Assembly: GCF_902459465.1 (NCBI RefSeq)
Contig: NC_047069.1
Coordinates: forward strand, 8,556,001-8,620,000
DNA from: Asterias rubens
Taxonomy: Eukaryota
DNA length: 64,000 nucleotides
Direction: 5' to 3'
A program made the translations under genes and the position numbers. Below, piece after piece: positions 58,582 to 64,000 of this stretch. The notes under the pieces are model-generated. The model was not told the DNA's origin. It did not search any database and was given only the letters and a program-made list of their open reading frames with translations. Position 1 is the stretch's first letter; the number at the start of each line of letters is the position of its first letter.

Positions 58582-61500
58582 ATGTTGCCCCGTTGGAGTC
58601 GGGGGTTTTCTCTGATCGTATTAGTCGTATATTTGAAGGGTTCGCTCGTTAATGTCGCAGTCTCTCGGGAGTTGAGTGGCAACGTGGATGAAGCACGGAG
58701 GTTCTTGGAATATTATGACAATCTGGCGGCCCATACTTGGCCAGGAGTTGTACAAAAGATGTGGAATTTCAACTACAACATCACAGAGTCTACACGAAGT
58801 GAAATGGTGAGAATTTATTTGTGTTTTAGTTAATCTTATATAAGGACATTTTGTTTCTAAACTATTTTATAAGTAGGTGTACCCATAAGTTCCATGTAGG
58901 CCTAGTTGATTAATCGATGACAAGAATGGGCTGATTGGTATAAAGTTAATTTATAGGTTTTTTCGGCCTATTTCGGAAAAAGAGCAGCCAATTTAACCAT
59001 CAAGCTATTCTATTTCGCGCGAAATCGAATGCTCCTGAACAGGCTCATTCGATTTCGTTTTATGATTAGTCAAATGTAATGTTGCGTCATTCGATTTAAC
59101 AAAATAATCATTCAATTTAACAATTCATCAAAGCAGCATTCAAATTCGCAGTCGCTTCTTGAGGCGTGTTTGTCACGAAAAAGAATGACGGTTCGCTAAA
59201 TTGAACAGAGTGCTAAAGGAATTTGACTCGACTTAAGATGAAATTGAATGGCCGAATTCTGAATTTGAAACGCAGTAACAACTAGAGAGGCAAAACAGCT
59301 TTAATTCGAACGCATGAAAATGAAATTGGCTGCTCATTTGCCGAATTTGACCGAGAAAAGCTATATTATATTATTAAAACATTTCAAACGCAGATAACTT
59401 CAGCAGTCAAATGCCAACCGAATCCCTACTACCCTTTTGGCCATGCTGTAGATTCGCACACGTTTTACCTCATATCATTTGATGTGTTTAACCACATGAG
59501 GATTCATCCTACAGGGGTAATAACTGAACATAAAAACTGTTAAATCACGCTCCTTAAAAGGGACATGTGATGTTATTTATAAAAACGGGCCGATCCAAGT
59601 CTCTTTCGATTTGTCTTGTTAATCTGAGATGGTATTTACTTGCACGTGAAAACTGACACAGTTGGTGATGACACACTACATTAATCATATCAAAGATAGC
59701 TCCTGGAGATAGTCAGTCCGTCTGAACAAATTAGGCCAATGTCGATTCACGATATGAGAAGTGACATTACTGAAAATGTCAAGGTGACGCTTGGCCTTAA
59801 AGGCATTGGACACCTTTGGTAATTAAAAAATGACCAGTCTTCTATCTTGGTGGTGTATCCCAACAAATGCATACAATAACAAACCTGTGAAAATTTGAAC
59901 CCATTTGGTCGTCGAAATGCGAGAAGTTGCGAGAGAATGATGGAAGAAAATGCACCCTTGTCGCACGCCTTGAGTTTGAGACCTCCAGCTGAGGTATCGA
60001 TTTCAATTCAAATATTTTAGTGAGAAATTACTTCTTTCTCAAAAACTACGTTACTTCAGATGGAGCCGTTTCTCACAATGAGTTAAACTATCAACAACTC
60101 TCACTTGCACATTACCAAAGTAAGTTTTGAAAGCTAACAAATTCTTTGAATAATTACCAATAGTGTCCACTGCCTTTAAGACCATATCGAATTACACGCC
60201 ATGGTACATGCCAATTTCACATCACATTCGCAACTTCGTTTATCAGTTGGTATTTAATAAAGCAGAATAAAAAAAAATAAAAAAATTCTTATCAGAGCAG
60301 TTTACCAGCAATCATTCCATGAAGTTTACATTGTAGCGACCGTTGTCCCTCGTATTTTGCTAATCCAAGATATATTCTAAGCGGTATTTTCTGCTGCAGA
60401 CAGCTTTATTATAGACCCAATTTCATAAAGATTGTTCAGTAGAAGTTTTCTGCTTACGGAGCCACCCCTTGCAGAATTGGTATACTTTATCAACACAATA
60501 TAACCGCTTAATGCACGCACAGTCATGTCAGCTGTTTACATTATGACATCACAATCAAAATCAATGGCGAACGTGCAAGTTGGCCACCTATTCTTGCTAA
60601 ATACAATTCGTTTAAGATTAAGCAATTTTTTTGACAGGCCTATATAAATTAGTTAGCACGAACATTCTGCTAGCCTTGAACAGCACTGCGACACTGGCTT
60701 CAGGGGCACCTCGAAGATCTCCCTATTTAATGATGACATTATTTTTCTTTACAGATTGAAGCTAGACTCGTGTATTCTGAATTCAGTAAGCAAGGAAGAG
60801 ACAACGCGTCGAGGTTTAACATGACAGACTTCCCGCCTGACATCAAACGTCAACTCACAAAGATCATGGTTAATGTTGGCGAGAATGCATTCAGGAATAT
60901 AACCAAGTTAGAAGAGGTACAGTGGAACATTAACGAAATTGTGTGATATTAGTTTGGTTTGGATTTGAACAAAAGACAAATTAACTAGAGTGGGATGGGA
61001 TTTGAACCAAACGTGCTATCTAAAGCCTTGTCAATGTATTTGTTCAGGGGTCCAGTCAGAAGTCGTACAACATTAACGGTCGTCAGAAGTCATACAACCA
61101 TTAACGGTCGTGTAGCCAGGGATCACACCAAGTTTACCACACAAACTGGGACGTAGCAGCCAGGGGGATGCCACTAAAGGGCATGCGATTATGGACTGGA
61201 TAGCAGTCACTTTAATCCAGAGGTCGTTGGTTCCAATCCCGCTCTTGTCAATTTGTTTTCGTTCATTTTAAATGTTATACACATAATGAATGTTTATGAG
61301 TGCAATGGTGCGAATATGTTCATGAGTTGAAAGATGGAATGTTCTATTCAACGAGGCGGAGCCGAGTTGAATGGAACATTCCAGCTTTCAACGAATGAAC
61401 ATATTCGCACCATTGCACGAATGAAAAACATTCATTATTTGTTTTATATAACATCCAAGTAGAACTTTGTCATTTTGATTGAAAGAAACAACTTTCAAAA

Positions 61501-63932
61501 CAAACAATTTCAACTGTAGAAGCCGAATGCTAGTAATTTTACTATGCCTTCTTGCAGTAACACCTGCTGCGTTACCAAAGACACGCGCACGCAGTGATGT
61601 TTTTACTCAGCTTTTTCGTTCCATCCGAAAAGTACCATTGCACGCTGGCAGCGTGCCAGCGTGCAATGGTACTTTTCGGATGGAACGAAAAAGCACGGCG
61701 AGTGACTCAGCGTGCAATGGTACTTTTATTTGCTATCACGTGACGGACAATCCTCCAATCAAATGGCAAGGATCTGCTTGGGTGTTATATAAAACCAGTT
61801 AGTTCCTCTTGTTGTTTACTATCTGAATATTAATTTGAAAGCTCCCCTGACCGAAATTAGTGTTTTTTATATAACAGCTACAGATAAGTATAGCCAAAGG
61901 TGTTTAACCTCTAAAATACATTGTAGAATAACACTCAAAATATTTAAAGGTTGTTCACAGCTTATATACTATATACAATTCAGGTATATAACAGGGAAAC
62001 GTTCTTTGTATACACACAAATAAAATGTTTAACTTATAAAAAGTTACATTCAATGCTCATGACATCCACACATCTCTTTTTATAATTTCAGCTGAAAAGT
62101 GTTAAGAGTCAAATGAAGTCTCGATATTCTCAGGCGAAGTCATGCAAATCAAATGAGAACTCGACCGAAGCATGTATGCCGTTTGTGCCAGGTAAGATGA
62201 TTTCTTAATCAAATGATTTTAATCATATTTTTTTAAACCAGAAAAAAAAGTTCTACCCACGAACACAAAATAAAGAAAGAATAGGCAGTGGTTCGATGCA
62301 TACAAAATAAATTGACGTGGAGAAACTGCATTAACCATTGTATATAAAGACACTGGGCACATTCGGTAATTGTCAAAGACCAGTTTTCCCATTTTGGTGT
62401 ATCTTAACATATTATGCACAAAATAACAAATGTGAAACTCCATTAGTCGTCGGAAGTTGCGAGAAAACAATGGGAGAAAAAAAACACCCTTGCCAAACGA
62501 AGTTGTTTGCTTTCAGATGCTTGATTTCGAGAACTTGAAAATCTAATTCTGAGGTCTCGAAATCAAATTCGTGGAAAATAACTTCTTTCTCGAAAACTGC
62601 GTTACTTCACAGGGAGCCGTTTCTCACAATGTGTTATACTACCAACAGCTCTACATTGTTTATTACCATGTAATGTTATATGCTAACAAATATTTTGAGT
62701 AATTACCAATAGTGTCCACTGCCTTTAAACACCTGCTTATTAATAGTAACACACATTTCTGCTTATGGTTTATGAATTTAGGTTAATCGCTGTAAAATCC
62801 ATCTAAAGTGCATTGACAATACCTCCAACCTGTGAAAGCTCTCTATTTTCCCAGATGTTTTACCAGCCAAAAAAAATAATATATATATAATTGCAACCAA
62901 AATGTGCATTATGAATCCTCTGTGTGGTCAAGCTTATCATAAATAATGACAGTGAGTATAATTTATTAATGTGTACAGATGCAGAGAATCTAATGGCAGA
63001 GAGTCGCAATTATACAGAGCTCTTGTATTTATGGGTAAGCTGGCGAGAAGCCACTGGCCCAGGTGCTCAGCCAACATTCCAGAGATATGTTCAACTAAGC
63101 AATATGGCTGCACATGACAACGGTAAAGAGTCAACTTGTTTCTTTGCATACAATATTCGTGTTATTAAAAAGGTAGTGAGTGGAACTTTAAGCTTTAGCT
63201 TGTGCTGAAAATTAAAAGGCCCTTTAACCAGTAAACTCATGTGTACCATGTCTAAGGATGTTGGCTCAGAAATGAACCGTTGTGCTCTTGACTTTTCTAG
63301 CAAGACAATAATTGTGCTCTTTCTCCTGAAGACAAGCAGAGTGTGCTGTTCGAAACGTTGAGACTACATCGGCTCTTTTCAGAGTCAACATTAATCCTGA
63401 AAGAGTTGTACACCATGTTTGTACCCCGCAAGTTTACTAGTTATAGTTACTTCGTAAAGGCAAAGTACACCTTTGGTTTTTAGAACCGGTGGATTTTTTT
63501 AATCTAATGCTACAAAAAACTAAAATGTACAAATTTCATTTTAAAGAACTCGTCGCGTCTTGAGATAACGCTGAAAATCCGCAGCGAATATGTACAAGCT
63601 AAACCCTAGTAATGAATACACATTCTAAGAAGCGTCTACAGCAGTCACGCTTTACTGTAGTAACGCTTCTCAGATTCAAATTTTGGGGATATAAAAAAAA
63701 AGAGTTTATTTGAGTTTTTTAAATTTCTTATTTCGTTTAGACCAACCCGACAAGGGAGCGATGTGGCGATCATGGTACGAGGTTGATGACCTCGAAACCC
63801 AGGTGGATAACATCTACGACCAGTTGCGACCCCTGTACACAAACCTACATGCCTACATCCGCCGAAAGTTGTATAAGATTTACGGTCCGGAGTTTGTTAA
63901 TCTCCGCGGCCCAATACCGGCACATCTACTAG
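58582..63932 (+). CDS. ACE: Angiotensin-converting enzyme-like M2 peptidase, 5' part; join(58582..58806,60755..60916,62092..62191,62979..63122,63741..63932), continues beyond the window
   Basis: Signal peptide; WNFNYNIT; M..RYS.AKSC..C..P; MAESRNYTELLYLW.SWR; YVQLSN.AA; GAMWRSWYE; L.PLY.NLHAYIRRKL; GPIPAHLLG. All GT-AG with consistent phases. The HEXXH zinc motif is not within the window. Confidence 0.95.
58982..59335. repeat. Fold-back MITE-like element in ACE intron 1
   Basis: 13-bp inverted ends GAGCAGCCAATTT/AAATTGGCTGCTC; left half has repeated CATTC(G/A)ATT, right half the complementary-type motifs. Confidence 0.55.
59801..60175 (-). mobile_element. Kolobok-like MITE family 1 in ACE intron 1
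   Basis: TTAA flanks, reverse-orientation body. Confidence 0.85.
60967..61264. repeat. Element with inverted tRNA-like (B-box) ends
   Basis: Left end reverse-complements to GGTTCAAATCCC..ACTCTAGTTAATTTGTCTTTTGTTC; right end reads GGTTCCAATCCCGCTCTTGTCAATTTGTTTTCGTTC. Confidence 0.55.
61283..61795. repeat. Composite double-hairpin element in ACE intron 2
   Basis: 156-bp imperfect palindrome 61283-61438; 19-bp inverted repeats 61441-61459 / 61777-61795; perfect 41-bp hairpin 61610-61694. Confidence 0.8.
62348..62724 (-). mobile_element. Kolobok-like MITE family 1 in ACE intron 3
   Basis: Reverse-orientation body, right TTAA intact, left flank ATAA. Confidence 0.85.
63322..63363 (+). ncRNA. 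Minimal type I hammerhead ribozyme motif in ACE intron 4 (sense); repeat extends to about 63437
   Basis: UCUC-CUGAAGA-C-AAGCAG(AGUGUG)CUGUUC-GAA-ACGU-U-GAGA: perfect 4-bp stem I, A.C mismatch at the base of stem II, GUU triplet. Confidence 0.55.
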
Positions 63933-64000
63933 GTAAGACACTTAAATCCAGAATTAAGGAAGTTGGCATCTAACAAAAATCCTCTTTAAATCACACACAT

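Noticed and set aside
61479-61802. 107-aa ORF with signal-peptide-like MLVILLCLLAVTPAA
   Set aside because: Lies wholly within the hairpin repeat element in an ACE intron; likely incidental.
14501-62538. Recurrent short ORFs such as 14501-14683, 16206-16397, 27296-27481, 38285-38565, 53596-53916, 62219-62538
   Set aside because: They translate MITE family 1 sequence; their mutual similarity reflects the repeat, not a protein family.
1-64000. Functional link among GPCRs, sialyltransferase and ACE as a gene cluster
   Set aside because: No shared pathway, regulatory signature or operon-like spacing; adjacency alone is not evidence.

Overview
AT-rich eukaryotic genomic DNA with spliceosomal introns and no operon, RBS or CRISPR structure. 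The gene and repeat content suggests an echinoderm, probably a sea star (inference only). Protein-coding content: one intronless class A GPCR (+, 3466-4632); a tandem pair of paralogous intronless Tre1/Moody/melatonin-receptor-like GPCRs (-, 28971-29987 and 39817-40827) separated by an apparently intact 4.4-kb CR1/L2-group LINE (ORF1 + EN/RT ORF2); a complete 7-coding-exon alpha-2,8-sialyltransferase (ST8Sia-like, 377 aa, +, 48974-55120) reconstructed by hand from splice sites; and the first five coding exons of an angiotensin-converting-enzyme-like M2 peptidase (+, from 58582, running off the window). Non-coding DNA is rich in short elements: nine copies of a TTAA-flanked Kolobok-like MITE, other MITE families (one nested), tRNA-derived SINEs, a truncated RTE-type LINE end joined to a 26-bp tandem array, and long hairpin elements. 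The most notable signal outside the ORF track is a ~110-130-bp interspersed repeat, present at five loci on both strands, whose head is a minimal type I hammerhead ribozyme (CUGAAGA-stem II-GAA-ACGU-H, palindromic stem III) followed by a hairpin with compensatory changes. It resembles Penelope-like/retrozyme elements. All alignments and folds were done by eye; no database searches were run.
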